64,000 bases of DNA from Paraspadella gotoi (GCA_051294375.1 CM119267.1:25497293-25561292); one strand, 5' to 3'; shown: positions 26,117 through 39,348, counted from the first letter of the stretch. The notes: a model not told the origin generated them from the sequence alone. Program-made: numbers and translations.

Positions 26117-26164
26117 ACTCATACACGCATTTGTTTGTTTTATTTATGATGAATGATTCATTGG

Positions 26165-26438
26165 GTCAATGAATGATTATCATCGCATCAATGAATGACT
26201 ATCATCGTATCAATGAATGATTATCATCACATCAATGAATGACTATCATCGCATCAACCATTTGGTTATTATCACATCAATCATTTGGTTATCATCGCAT
26301 CAATTATTGGTTAATGGTTATCATTGCATCAATATTTGGTTATCATTGCATCAATCATTTGGTTATCATCGCATCAATCCTTTGGTTATCATCGCATCAA
26401 TCCTTTGGTTATCATCGCATCAATATTTGGTTATCATT
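26165..26438. repeat. Minisatellite, about 22-bp unit
   Basis: TATCATCGCATCAATCATTTGGT-type units repeated more than 10 times. Confidence 0.9.
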
Positions 26439-28534
26439 GAAGGTAGGCTCGATCCTATTCTTTTAAGATTTTTTTTTTAATAAAACGTATAATTTATTAA
26501 TATTACATATTTTTAAAAAAACTTGACCTCATCTTCAGATTTCAGTGGCAAAAGATGCTCTTTTTCATGAAAAACCGCCAGGTTCGCTTTTTATTTTTTT
26601 TACCGGCTTGACCGGTCTTTAATATTTAACAGATACAAAATAGGAATTCGATCCCAGGATTACTCACATTATTGTTAATATTATATCTCTGACATAATAT
26701 TTTTTATCAGATTTAAGGAAAAAAGTGGTCCTTGGCAAGCAGTAAAAAAGATTGATCCCTATAAAGTAAACCAGGTTTGAGTTGTTGTAGTATAATGTGA
26801 TGATGCATTGTTTTTCATTTTAACAAAATCTTGATTTTTCTTTTTTTTTACTTCTTTAATATTTTTGTTCTGATAATAGATCTAGAGGTAAATAAAAATG
26901 ATAACTTTGCTCATAGAAAGGTTACCCGGAGCATTATAACTTTTATTGACACTTTAACAATATAAAAAAAATATTTTGGAGCATCTACAGCATTAATGTA
27001 TTTTTAATGCCGCTATTTCTTTTAACATATGAATTAAGATTCATCCTTGAATCGATCTTAATGGAGATGATTCAATCACTATTTGACTTGAGACTGAGAA
27101 AAGGCAAGGATTTTTAATAGTAACGGTTTAACTCAAAAAGTAATAAAAAAGAAACGGAAATTAGTATAAATGAAAATTGTTGATATGAAAAAAATAAAAA
27201 AGAAGGAAGCATTTTTTTGGACAGCTCATTTTCTTTTGCATGCAACTCTTATATTTTTCTAAAATAAATGAGGCACAGCTCATATGAATTACAAAAGGCA
27301 AAAGTTTCTCAATATGTAAGTTTTATTTTTCGATTTTCACATTAAAATGCCAAAAAATAGCTGGAAAGTAACTGCGACAATTTTTTTTTCCATCATGGGA
27401 GTTTAATTGTATGGTTTTTGTATCGTAGATTAACAATTGGTCTTCTATCTAGTTTGTATTTTATATTGGATCAGTTTAGATTATTTTTCATATTTTAATT
27501 CCATGATTTATTCAAGATTGATATTTAGATTTTTACGAAAGAGCTCAGTTTTGTTAGCCATAGCCAATGAAATTTAAATGATAATGTATACAGCTTTAAA
27601 ATAATCTATCATAAGCATAGATTATGGTATTATAATATTTTTTGGTCAAAATTTTTTTTCTGAGGGTATTTGCTTAATTAAAATTATTATATTATTATAT
27701 AAAGAAAAACATTTTTTTTTATTCTTAAAGTTTTTGATGGATTCTGATAGAGAATAAAAAGTTAAACAAAAGTTAAAAAATATAATTAGTTTCTAAAAAT
27801 TTTTACGTTTTCTAAGTGAAAATGTTAAAAAACTGATAAAATCATCGAAAGATGATGATTATAATTTATTATAGTCTTTCTGATTTTTGATTCATTTATC
27901 ACAGATAACTTTTTATGTGCTATCTGAATCTGGTCTTACAATTTATAAATCCTTAAAGAAAATTTAGCTTTTTTTAATATAAATAAATATTAAAAAATTA
28001 ATTATTAGGGTATAGAGCCATATAAAAAAAAATTGTGTCCATTGAAAGTATATTTAAAAATGAGCATTCCTGGAGTTGAATACGTTCCGGAGGCTTATGG
28101 GAAAATAAAGAGCAATGTTTTTTTGTTCTTTTGTTTCTTATCGGTTTAGACTTAGCCTCGGCATTTGTTATTGTCAAACTCAATACTATTTTTCCCATTA
28201 TAGAATAAAATTATTCTCGGTCTCAACCTGTGACATGGAAGTTGGTTTAATTGTAAAATATTTTAATTTAAAAAAATGTAAAAAGTTTTGGTTCAACGTT
28301 AGAATTTTCAAATTTAATGTTAAATGAAATTCGTTTTTTTCATCTTGACAGTTTTTTAAACGCTAATCGAACACTGGCCTTCTTACCAAACGAAGCAAGT
28401 AAAACTCTAAACACGGAGTATTATTTTTGTCTGCAGCGCCTGACTGGGCGCTTTTCTCTCCTCTTTCCTTCGACGCGCGACCCGCAGGCTCGTCGCCTCC
28501 TCCGCGTCTAAAGTCTCTCATGTCTCTGTTGACG

Positions 28535-29049
28535 ATGTCTCTCGAGCAGACGGAAGATCTCAAGGTATTTCACAAATTTCATATTTTTTGTAGATTTATT
28601 ATTTAATATTTATTTTTCATTACTTTTGTAAGGCTTTTGAAAGGAGATTGACGGAGGTGATCGGCTACTTGCGTCCGGCAACCGCCAGATGGCGAGTCCT
28701 CCTTGTCCTCATTTCAATTTGCACTGCGAGCGGGGCTTGGCAATGGCTTTCCGACGAGGATACTAAGCAGGTCTAAAGGGAATCTAAAGGTCGAGAACTC
28801 AATTCTCTCTTCATTTCATTTGATTTTTTTCGTTGTTATTAGGTTTCATTCACTCAGTCCCTGATGAACCACCCATTCTTCGCCATTTCCTGCCTCATCT
28901 TCATCCTCCTCTTTTTAATGGGGATCCACAAGCGCGTCGTCGCGCCCTCTATCATCTCCGCGCGCTGCCGCTCCGTTCTCTCCGACTACAACATGTCGTG
29001 CGACGACAACGGGCGCCTCATACTAAAGCCACGCCCAACTGTCAGTTGA
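28535..29049 (+). CDS. CNEP1R1: Nuclear envelope phosphatase-regulatory subunit 1 (TMEM188/Spo7 family)
   Basis: Exons 28535-28564 (or from ATG 28520), 28633-28770, 28843-29049: [64 protein letters not shown]. Confidence 0.96.
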
Positions 29050-29487
29050 TCGCGGCGCCAAGATACCCAATCGCGGCGCCTATAACTTTGCTTTTGCTGA
29101 TATTCGCAAAGAGAAAATGCCAAAACGCGAAACTCGAAATAAAGAAATACATCGTGGTTTTCATGTTGATTTGTCAGGGATCGATTGTCTTTTTCACTCT
29201 CCTTCCTTCATTCCCTGTTACGAGGCCATAGTTTTTTCCGAAATTTCCCGTCGTTTAATTTTTCTCCCGTTCAACTCATTCCATGCGGCCATCTTTGTTT
29301 CGTTTCCACTTGCGCTTACGCTCTTCGTCCTCATTCGGCCAGCCCCTCCAGGTCCCCGGCCATCCCGCTCTTCAAATTATTCGATTCATTTTTTTTACAG
29401 GAAATACTTTACAATTCATGAAATTATTACAACCAATGTAATACAATTGCATCTGATGATTCACGATTGATGACTTAAGAGAGGAAA

Positions 29488-30373
29488 ATGTCGTTGGTTG
29501 CTAATTACTCGGACACTGACGAATCGGATCAAGAAGAGAGAGACAGAGTCGGAGGCGATGTTGGAAGCAAAGGCGAACGAAAGCGGAAAAACCAAAATCT
29601 TTTGACAGCAGATTTTTCCGATTCTGATAATGACGATGAAGAGGACGACGGCGATGGTAAACTTCCAGCGTAGATTTTCTCTTCGTCAGCGCCATCTTGT
29701 TTCCTGAAATATCTCAGTTTAACTTTATCGATTAATGATTTCTGACGAAAATAATAATAGTAAATTGGAAAAATATCTTCCCCTTCCCTCAGTATGCTCG
29801 GAGCTTCCCTCCCACCCTTCACTGTCCCGATCGAGGATGCCCCTCCCTTCCTTCAACGGGTCCGTCCTCGACGGCGGAGAGATCCCCTCCGTCTTCCAGA
29901 ATCCTTTCCAAGCGGCGGAGGAGCAGAGGAAGGCCATCCTGGAGCAGCACGTCAAAATGACGGCTTCGCTCCAGGAGAAGGAGGATGAGAAAAAGAAGCG
30001 GCCGCCCTGCTTCAAGTTTCGAAAGGGACAGTGTCACGCCGGCGATAAGTGCCGATTCTATCACGACAAAGGCTCCGCTCCGCGACGAGGACTCACCGGC
30101 AACGCCGACACAGCCGCGGGCGACGCCACGACAGCGGCGCCGCCCGCCGTTTACGCCGCCACGCCCAGACTGGAATTTACGATGTCCAAGTTCGAATTTC
30201 CCGACGAGGCGAGCGGGGTAACGCCGAATGCTGCAGCGCCGGACGAAGACGCGGCGCCGCAGCGGAAAAAGAAACGATGCGGCGTCGCGAGCGGGCTCGT
30301 CCCGCCGAAGAGAGCGATGAACGATTTGACGAAACAACGGGCGGAGGAGAGACCGTGGACTGTAGGAACCTAA
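29488..30373 (+). CDS. Uncharacterised CCCH zinc-finger protein
   Basis: Exons 29488-29656 and 29793-30373; MSLVANYSDTDESD start, SVFQNPF, CFKFRKGQCHAGDKCRFYH (C-x7-C-x5-C-x3-H), C-terminal LVPPKRAM..ERPW. Confidence 0.85.
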
Positions 30374-30653
30374 TTAGTATTTACAATATTCCTTTTTTTC
30401 GCCTTCATGGATTCGTTATCTTCCCCTCGCATTTATTACTTCATTAATCATTACTTACATCGCTTCTCGGTGTTTTATATTATTTCCGATCGATTTTTTC
30501 GTGAAATTTAATAATTTTTACCAGTCGGTCGGTCGCTTCTCTCGTCATCGGATCATCTTCGTCTTTCGTCGATTTAAACCCGAGTCGAACTTCCTCCTCT
30601 TTTATTCAACTTTTTTGAGTCCGTATTTTTGTCTCTTTTCGGCCGCCAACAAG

Positions 30654-32902
30654 ATGGAGAGCGAAAGGTTGACAGAGCGGTTGACCAAGTCTTTGACCAA
30701 GTACGCGTTCGACCTCCTTAGAGTTAGCCGGTCCAAAGTTCTCATCGTGGTGGAGAACGAAGAGGGAGAGAGGTTTTGGGCGGCGAACGGGAGACTCAAG
30801 AAGGAATTTCTCAACGAGAGGAGAATCGAGAATCGGAGTTGGGGGATGCATTACGTGGAGGAAGGAGGAGGAGAAGGCGGCAGCGGCGGCATCGATTCTC
30901 TTCCTTTCACCGATCGATCTTCGTCCTTGCCTCGTCTTCCTGGTCTCTCGTCTTCAACGGTCTCCGTTCCTGGTTCGTCTCTGGGTTTTCATCTCGTAAT
31001 TTTTTTTTTCATTTGACTTTTTGCTCTTCAATTTAAATTTATTATTTTTTTAAAGAAAATCCTTCCTGGTCACCCGAGCCCGGCCCCTCGGAATCGCCCC
31101 GAGCGCAAGATTTGTTTGGTCCATCTAGCGCCGTCGGCTCCTCGTTTTTGGGCGGCGCCGGTTCCGGTTCCGATTCTCTCACTGAAGCCGGATTTTTAAA
31201 AGTCTGTCGCGACGATGTCAACTTTTCCGACTTTAGTTCTGGTTTAGTTAGCGATCGGGCCGCTTCCTTAAACGACAGTAGCGCTCGGTTGATTTCGGAT
31301 CTTTCTAAAACTCCGGTCGAGACCTCTTGCCTTCTCTGTGGCGAACGAAGCCACGTAGGGTCTAATTGTCCCATTTTGCGCCGGGACTTCACCCCAAGCG
31401 TCATATGTCACAAATGTAACGCCCCTGGGCACAAGTCACCCGACTGCCCGTTTCGGAAGATCGGCGGGAAAAATGATAACCAAAAAGGAATTGTGTGTCA
31501 TAAATGCAACGCTTCTGGCCATAAGGCTCCAGACTGCCCGCTTCTTTCTCGAATGACCGGCAGAAACAAGGATAAGGACGCTGACGTCATTTGTCACAAA
31601 TGCAAACTTGTTGGCCACAGGGTTCAGGACTGTCCTCAGCGTAGAAAAAATAAGCTATCACGAAATATCCGCTCCCAATATTTCGCTCCCAAGCCCGGTG
31701 GCATAGACGAGGTCATCGCGAGTCTCGGGCTCTGCTTCAAGTGCGGTAATTCGGGTCATAAACCGACCGAGTGCCCTGGCAGCAACCAATCTAAGGATCG
31801 CAATGATCCTAAGAGCGGTGGTTCTGACCGTAGGGAGCGTGGAAGCCCTCCGAGAAGGGATTCCAGTTCAAAATCCAGAAAGTGTTACAATTGCAATTCA
31901 TCGGGCCACGAAAGGTCAGAGTGCCCAAGACTGGCGCAAAATTCTAGTGGTAAAGCGACTGATGATCGTCGCGACAAATCTCGAGAACTTGAACCCGTCT
32001 CCAAGAGGCCACGGTCCTCCTCCAAAGAGGCCGGGCCCTCTCCCAAAGAAACGGTGCTTGTGGATCTTTCACAAGACGACGACGATCCCCCGACGGTGAG
32101 TCTTTTCGAATTGACGATCACGAGATACACTTTTTTATACAGAAGGCTTCATAATCATACGCTGTTAAGCAAAATGAGGCACAAACCAAAAATGAGGAAC
32201 ATAATAAAGTAAACGTAAAAGTAGTAAAACCAAATATAAATGTCTATGAAAAAATCCATGAGTTCGTGAATCGCAGATGAACAAGCCATGAACATAACCG
32301 TAACAATTTTACATCAAATTTTCTCTTGTTTTTCCAAATCTGGAATGAACCGTTGATGTTTATGAACATAAAAATTTAGGTTAACTAATTCTTAAGTTGT
32401 AATAAATATGTTTTTTAGGATATGCAACTGTTCAAGACTAAAAAATTCATATCTCTGCTTATATATATATATATATATTGAAATTCGCCCCGATAGTTCT
32501 ATTTATATTTTTCATATATACAAAATTTCAACATATTTGGTCCTGTAGTTATTCCGGAACCGATTCTCGGTACGAAAAAACGGCGTATCATTTTATAATT
32601 TGAAGCCTTCTGTATAGTTTTTATCAATAAGTATGTAAAACTATTGTTAACATTTTTAATTCTATTTTTTTTTCTTTAATTAAACCCCATTTTTATCACC
32701 AAATCATTCACTCACTTACCAGGAATCGTTATGGGGTCGTGACTTACCCAATATGTTGGAGAATCTGCGCAAAGAAAAAAAGATTACGTTCACTTGGCTG
32801 TCGTCAGAGAAGCGCTACGCCGTCGTCGTTCGTCGCTCTCATGGCGCCGACGATAAACCCGTCAAGATCGCCTCCGTCAAAGAGTTGAACAAGTTGTTTT
32901 GA
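30654..32902 (+). CDS. MADS-like N-terminus + 6 CCHC zinc knuckles + LINE-ORF1/FP25K-like C-terminal domain
   Basis: Exons 30654-30972, 31056-32095, 32723-32902 in frame; six C-x2-C-x4-H-x4-C motifs; last exon LENLRKEKKITFTWLSSEKRYAVVVRR..PVKIASVKELNKLF. Terminal domain names are inference. Confidence 0.8.
32140..32612. mobile_element. Tc1/mariner-type MITE (family B) in an intron
   Basis: TA|CAGAAGGCTTCA...TGAAGCCTTCTG|TA. Confidence 0.8.
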
Positions 32903-33165
32903 ACGTCGATTCTTTTTCTTGGATTTGATCCTGCTACCTTCATATTTCCCTCGTTCGAAATCTTCTTTTTTTTTTGTGTTGTTGATGTTACGTTATTACG
33001 ACGACATCGTTGTTACAATTTGTACTTCTTAATGACTCAAGTATTTCACGTATTAAACAACTCGGTTTTTTCTCTTCGGTTTTGGTTAACAAATTCGTAA
33101 AGAAATACAATCGAATATAAAACAGAGGTCACCTGATCACTTCAAAGCACTCCCTTCAAAAAACG

Positions 33166-34018
33166 ATGGATGATTTGGCGGAGCAATTGACGACGACGCT
33201 GGTCAGTCACGCCTCTGACGTCCTCTCGATCGCCGACGCTCGAGTCATGATCCTCGTCGAGTCTTCGTCGGGCCGTCGGTTCTGGGGAGCGAACGGAGGC
33301 CTCCGCGCCGAGTTCATTCGCGACGGGCGGATCGAGTATCGCCCGGGAAGGACTATCGAGGTCGGGCCGTCCGTCGGGTCGGCTCAGTCCATTTCCGTCC
33401 CTCCCGTCGACGCCTCTCTCCGGTCCTCGGATCGCCTTCTCTCTAACGGCTCGTCGAGGTTCGCTTCTGGCGTCGAATCCGCCTCCTTTTCCGAGACTCG
33501 ATCGAATGGCGCCTGCGACGCCGATTCGCTCCATCCTCTTTTGTTCGGTTTTCCTCCGGCGTCGGCGACCATGCCGTTTCCCCGCGACGACGACGGCGAC
33601 GCCCCCTACGATCCTTCCAAACCGTCGCGGGAGGATGGAGGAAGAGGAGGACCGCTCGACGAAGCCGAACGGTTTCTCATCGAAGGAGAATTAGAAAGAT
33701 TTAAAAGACTGGGAAAACTTCGTTACAGGTTACAAAGTTAATTCATACCTTCCTATCTCATAGGTGTTAAAAGATGACTTGTTTTAATAATAAACGTACT
33801 AAACTTAGTTATAAACTTATGCTAAGTAAAGAAAAATATTTTCAACTTTGTTTTTAATACTCCCCTTTTACATCCCTTCCCTCTAAAGGTGGATTGATTC
33901 TTCTAGATCCTTCCTCGTCGTTCGCCGTGACGAAGTGACGAGGGACGACGTCATCGTCAAGATTTCCTCCGTCGATGAACTCAATTCTCTTTTCTCTGGA
34001 TCGTCTCGTCTCCTTTAG
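33166..34018 (+). CDS. Paralogue of the 30654 gene lacking the zinc knuckles
   Basis: Exons 33166-33728 and 33889-34018; N-terminus ..ARVMILVESSSGRRFWGANGGLRAEFI..RIE and C-terminus LERFKRLGKLRYRWIDSSRSFLVVRR..VKISSVDELNSLF align with both ends of the upstream gene. Confidence 0.8.
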
Positions 34019-34650
34019 ACTTTTCTTCTTTTTCGTCTTTTCATTCTTGATTCCCGGCATAAATGTGGCCTCATCAATTTGATTTACTTTTTTTTTTTAA
34101 ATTTATATTCCACTCGGATCTTGAATGAAAAACCGATTGTCTCTTGTTATTAACTTCTATTATTCTTTGAGTCCTCCTCACGTTAATTTAATTCTTGATT
34201 GATTTTTTTTCTCTTTTTACTTCTTCGGCTTCTTGATTCATCAGATCTAACTTTTTCGCGCCTTCATCAAAATGGATCTGGTCTCTCGATTGTTTTTTGC
34301 TATTAAAAACGGACGCGGGTTTCCTCTCTCCTTTTCCCTTTGGCAAACCAGGCTCATGACTGGTTGGTCACCAATTTTGTTTTCCGGCTTCAATTTCACC
34401 TGGAGATGTCGGTTGGAATAACACACTAACTTCCAGCGTCTCATCTTAATTCTAAAAAGTTTGGAACTTCGATAGACTTGACCCAAAACGTCCTTCCCAT
34501 AGTGATTATTTAACACGTTTTTGTGTTCTTCAAACCCAATTTATGAATATTGTATAAGTATTCTTTTGCAAATGTTTTTTTTTTTTTATTTAGAAAATTT
34601 AAAAAAAAAAATTGAAACAAAAAGATTTGATCGAACTTTTCATCGGACTT

Positions 34651-37600
34651 ATGATGGAGTCAGCAGAACCGCCCGATCCCTCCGCTTCTTCTTACGCTCT
34701 TACCGCTTCTACGGCCCTTCCACCCACGGCCCTGTCCACCGCGGACCAGCTCTCCTCCTCGTTTCTAGCAAACCCCGTGGTCCTGCCCACTTCTACTATT
34801 GTTTCAGTCTCCTCACACCAGAAAACCAAAGCCTCGTGCAAGTTGTTCGTGAGCAACCTGCCCGAGGGCTGCACAGAGTCGGACCTGCGTTTGCTCTTCT
34901 CGAAAGCCGCTTTCGTCCGTGACGTCGACGTCGTCCGCGAAAGGGACTATGGCTTCGTGAGTTTCGACAACGTAGACCAGGCGACGATCGCGCTAAATCT
35001 TATGAGGGATCATCCTTTTCGCGGGAAATTGTTGAGAGTCGCTTTCGCTAAATCGACGGTCCGCGGTCCTGGCGCGACGACTGCCGAAACGTCAGGGATC
35101 CTTGGGCCTAGGCCGGCGACTGGCGTTTTTCCCTGCGGGACATCCGGCGTTTCTTCCGACGTTGCTATCGGCGTCGCGTCCCGCACCGGAGCTCATGTTG
35201 TGCCCCGCCCCGTCGCCGTCGTTTCTCCGGCGACTATCGTACCTCGTCTGCCCCCAGCGGAGCGTACAAACGGCCCGCCACGTCCGGGCCTTAAACCGCT
35301 TCCTCCGGGGGCGCTGAGATACCCTCCACCCAGAGGTCTCCGTCCTTACTTTATACGTCATCCCTTTTATCTTCACCATCCGCTCCGCGGCCATCCTCCA
35401 CCTTCTCTTTTTCGTCCACCCTATCATCCCGCTCGCCTTCACCACCCGCTTCACTTGCGCCATCCGGTGCTGGCGCCTCGGGGGGCACCACCTTCCACCT
35501 TTCAATCAATTGCTGCAACGCCCGAGACGAATTCCCTTCAAGATGGCGGTTTCGAAAACGAAGTGGCAGAGCCAGTCCCATCCGTCGAGTCTCGGAAAGT
35601 TAATGAGGCCAAAAACAAACCCGATGGAGACCCGCCGTCGGAAGTTGATAGAGGTTTTGGCGAGATGACAACGAGGCAGCTAAAGTCAACCGTTTCTCCA
35701 ACGACCAAACAGGTACTTCTACCGGACAAGATTTAGTTGTTTGAGAGAGAATGTTTGTAATATTACCCAATTGTCACACTTGGTCCAGCAGGAAGAAGTC
35801 GTGAAGGTGTTTTGCGTGTCTTGCAAAAGAAATGGGCATTGGGCGGCCTTTTGTCCGAACGAGAATGAAAGGAATGACCAGGTAGCGGTGCCGAGGAGAG
35901 ACCCAGCCGAGGATCGACGACGAGAAAAACGCGGACACGCCTATGGCGCCCAAGAGTCAAGCGACGACCGATTAAACCAGCATCCCAATCGATCGGAGAC
36001 TCAACGAAACTTTCGGCGCGAAATAAATTCGGTTCTTAGCGCCGCTAAGCATGAAGCCGCAAGTAAAAGCTTCTATCGTCGAAGAAGTCTCTCTCCGACG
36101 TCATCTAAGAACTCCAATCAGTAAGTTTGGTTGTGATAACTGTTTTGTATTATTTCTTATGGGGAACTATCCCGTAATTCCTCGTCGAAATAGCGATAAT
36201 TTATTTTTTAAAATTTTATGCTTAACCGATTCATAGGTTTTTTTCTCCTTTGGATCAAATTTTATCCACCTCATCACGGGCTCGTGATTTTCGTCCATTA
36301 CCTGAATCACAACTCGAGCATTCCAAATCTGAGGTTCATCATCATCATCGTCCACCCGTTGATCAGCAAATTGATAAACAATCGATGCAGTCGCTCTATG
36401 TCGATCGAAATTCGACAGAACTTTTAAATGAAGGAAGAGAAATTGATACTCGGCGTTCTGTTAACTCAAAGCAATTTGAATCAAATTTTACTGGTGTTGC
36501 CAACACTCGTGGTCACGATCGTTCTTTGGGACGATCGAGAGAACCCACGAATCGACGTCAACCAGAGCAAGGCATTGCACGAAAAACGGAAGAATATTTT
36601 GAACAGCGTTCAACTGAATATAGTGATCGGCGACGAATTGAACTTGATGATAACCGTCCAATTGAACATGGTTATCGGCATCTAATTGAATATAGTGAGA
36701 AGAGATCTTTTGAACATGATGAGAGACGTCCAATTAAACATAATCACCGTCCAATTGATAATGTTGATCATCGACTAATTGAACATGGTGATTGTCCTTA
36801 TATTAAATTTGATGACCGAGAACCAATCGAACATGCTGATAAACATCCCTTAAACTATAGTGTTAGGCGACCGATGGGGCATGATGATTGTCAACCAATC
36901 AAGCATAATAATCATCGACCAATTAAACATGATCGTCAATCAATTGAACATGATCATCAGCGATCAATTGAACATGTGAAGAGGCGACCAATTGATCATA
37001 GAGATCGACGGATCACAATGGACCATGGTGGTTGGCAACCTATTAAATATGCTGATCGTGGACCAGTTGAACATGCTGATCGTGGACCAGTTGAACATGC
37101 TGATCGTGGACCAGTTGAACATGCTGATCGTGGACCAGTTGAACATGCTGATCGTGGACCAGTTGAACATGCTGATCGTGGACCAGTTGAACATGCCGTT
37201 CGGCAACCAGTTGAACATGCCGTTCGGAAACCAGTTGAACATGCCGTTCGGAAACCAGTTGAACATGCAGTTCGGCAACCAGTTGAACATTTTGATCTGC
37301 GCTTTATACATAATTCTGATCAGCGTCAAAGTAAACATGCCAATCGACAGGCAATAGAACATTCCGACTGGCGACCAATAGAACATGTTGAACCTCGAAA
37401 GATTCGATATGCGGAACAACCATCGGTAAAAAAAGCTTTAGAAGAATGGCCTATTGATCATACCAGAATTCCGGTTGAACTGCATTTCAGATTTGAGGAG
37501 AAGCATATTGATAAACAATCAATAATTATACAAAATGCCAATCAACTGAAGGAAAAAAATGAACGTTCGGGACAACCGCGGGTTAATAGACGACCAGCGC

Positions 37601-38448
37601 AACAACAGCAAAGGCATATTGACAGTCCTGTCAAATATCATCCTGATAAAAATTTGGATCAACCGCGTCTTTCAAATCGAACTACATACACAAAACCTCT
37701 TCGTAATGACGGTTGTCCCGAAAGTCGCACTCGCGTTACATCGCAAAGTGCGGGTGCTAAGCACGACGAGCCTTTCCTTCGTTTTTCACCGCCTCCTTCG
37801 TATGGGCGCGAACGCTCCTCTCCGCGCGTTGCTGGATCGACGCTTCCGCGTTCCCGTTCGCGATCTCCGCTTTCCCGGAACGACTACCCCGTACATCGAT
37901 CCGAATCTCCGAGTCGCGCCGTTGCGCAGCGAGGTGGTTCACCGCCACCTGGGCCTCCGATTCACGACGGCGAATATCGTCCACCGCCGGATCGTCTGAC
38001 TCGTTACACTTCGCCGCCGAGAGCTTCGTTTCGTCGCGAATCGCCTCAGCGTCATCATCCACCTCGTCGTCAACGGCTCAGCCTTTCTCCACCGACTCAA
38101 CGTCGTCGACGCCACTCTCCTCCCACCAAAGATCGTCTTCACCCCTCTATGCCTGAGGATCCCGCTACAGCCGCTAGACGCGCTCAATTACCGGCGGGTT
38201 ATTGGGCCTCAGCGCCGCAGACGGAAAAAGTAACCCCCGCCCCATATAAGGAATTCCGATCCCCGCCTCGTTCTCGAGCTGACGCTGGTTCGTCAATGAT
38301 TGCTTGGGACGAAACAAGAGGCGCAAACGTGGATTACGCACCAAAAATCGACGCTAATCCACCAGCGAAGTCCAACGCTCGCTCCACCTTAGATCTGGAC
38401 TACGATCGTGACCCTTACGCTTGGGCGGATCCATTCAGTCAGGAATAA
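34651..38448 (+). CDS. RRM + Pro-rich + CCHC + 8-aa repeat + RS-rich protein (about 1200 aa)
   Basis: Exons 34651-35712, about 35789-36120, 36237-38448 in frame; RNP2 KLFVSNL, RNP1 RDYGFVSF, CVSCKRNGHWAAFC. The true start may lie further upstream. Confidence 0.8.
37045..37290 (+). repeat. Coding 24-bp tandem repeat (EHADRGPV / EHAVRKPV)
   Basis: GAACATGCTGATCGTGGACCAGTT-type units about x10, with degenerate RPIEH units on both sides. Confidence 0.92.
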
Positions 38449-39348
38449 ATATATCAATGTCTATTTTAGAGAGTGTTCACTTTTTATTTTATTTCATGCA
38501 ATTCACGTTTATCCTATTGTCAACTATGGTCCCGAGTACTGAGCCTCGTGTTCTTGCGAGCAATCACGACGACCGATGTAACAAACAACCAATTTGTAAC
38601 AGAGTTTAATACCTAATTTCAAGAATATCTATTATTAGTATTAGCTGGTGCTTGATTCAAATTTCTTAATCACCTTACAGCGTTAGGCTACTCCTCGCTT
38701 AGCGCCGCGTAGAAAAGAGTCTGCCACGCCCTCTGCCGATGAGTGAGCCCGCCTCTCTTCAATAATGGTATTCATTGTTCAATCCGCTAGTACGTTGTTA
38801 TTCATGAGTTTGTCTTTGTGCCCAACAATGTTAAGATCTTTCTGCTTTTAGAGTTTCATTTAATTTGCTTTAAAATATATATCTTATATCTCATATCTTT
38901 TTATTTTCGACCTCCGAAAGAGTTGCCTGAATTACCTGAGGCGCATTGTATCTCACCAACTCGGACCGACCCCTCGGTAAACTCCTTCTGTCACTGGCAT
39001 GTTTGTTTAATTTGGTTCTGTCAAATTTCGAACCGTTGAGACGAGGTGGTTTTGCTCGCTCAGCCACTGAGACGACTAAGAAAGCGGACAGTTATGAGAC
39101 TGCTTTAAGTCGTACTGCCTTGATATACTATTTTTTTCATTTTTTTTTTCTTTTTTTTTTCCTATTTTTTTTTTCTTCCTATTTCAAATAAACCCCTAAA
39201 AAATCAATTGTTCATATTTCCTATTATTTTATTGAAAACGCTCATTATTAATTTACATTTCCACAGGGATAACATTAGTATTAATTTAAGAACAAAAAAA
39301 TACAATCGGGGAAAATTAAAAAAAACACACATTTTGTTGACATCACAA

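Larger units (their letters stand above)
21828..26467 (+). mobile_element. Large HINE/Helentron-like element containing nested insertions
   Basis: 5' TTTCTCGAGCCTACCGGCGAAGCCGG.. plus (GTC)n; 3' GGTAGGCTCGA (inverted copy of the 5' end) followed by TCCTATTCTTTTTAAG, nearly the same tail as the 19251 and 44108 elements. Confidence 0.6.

Noticed and set aside
31112-32212. Retroviral gag gene
   Set aside because: The CCHC array lies in a spliced three-exon gene with no LTRs, protease or RT nearby
34272-34620. Possible extra 5' coding exon of the RRM gene (MDLVSRLFFAIKNGR)
   Set aside because: Cannot be joined in frame without assuming an error in the A-run at about 34601; unresolved
37045-37290. 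CRISPR-like array
   Set aside because: Head-to-tail 24-bp units without unique spacers, in frame within a eukaryotic exon; no cas genes
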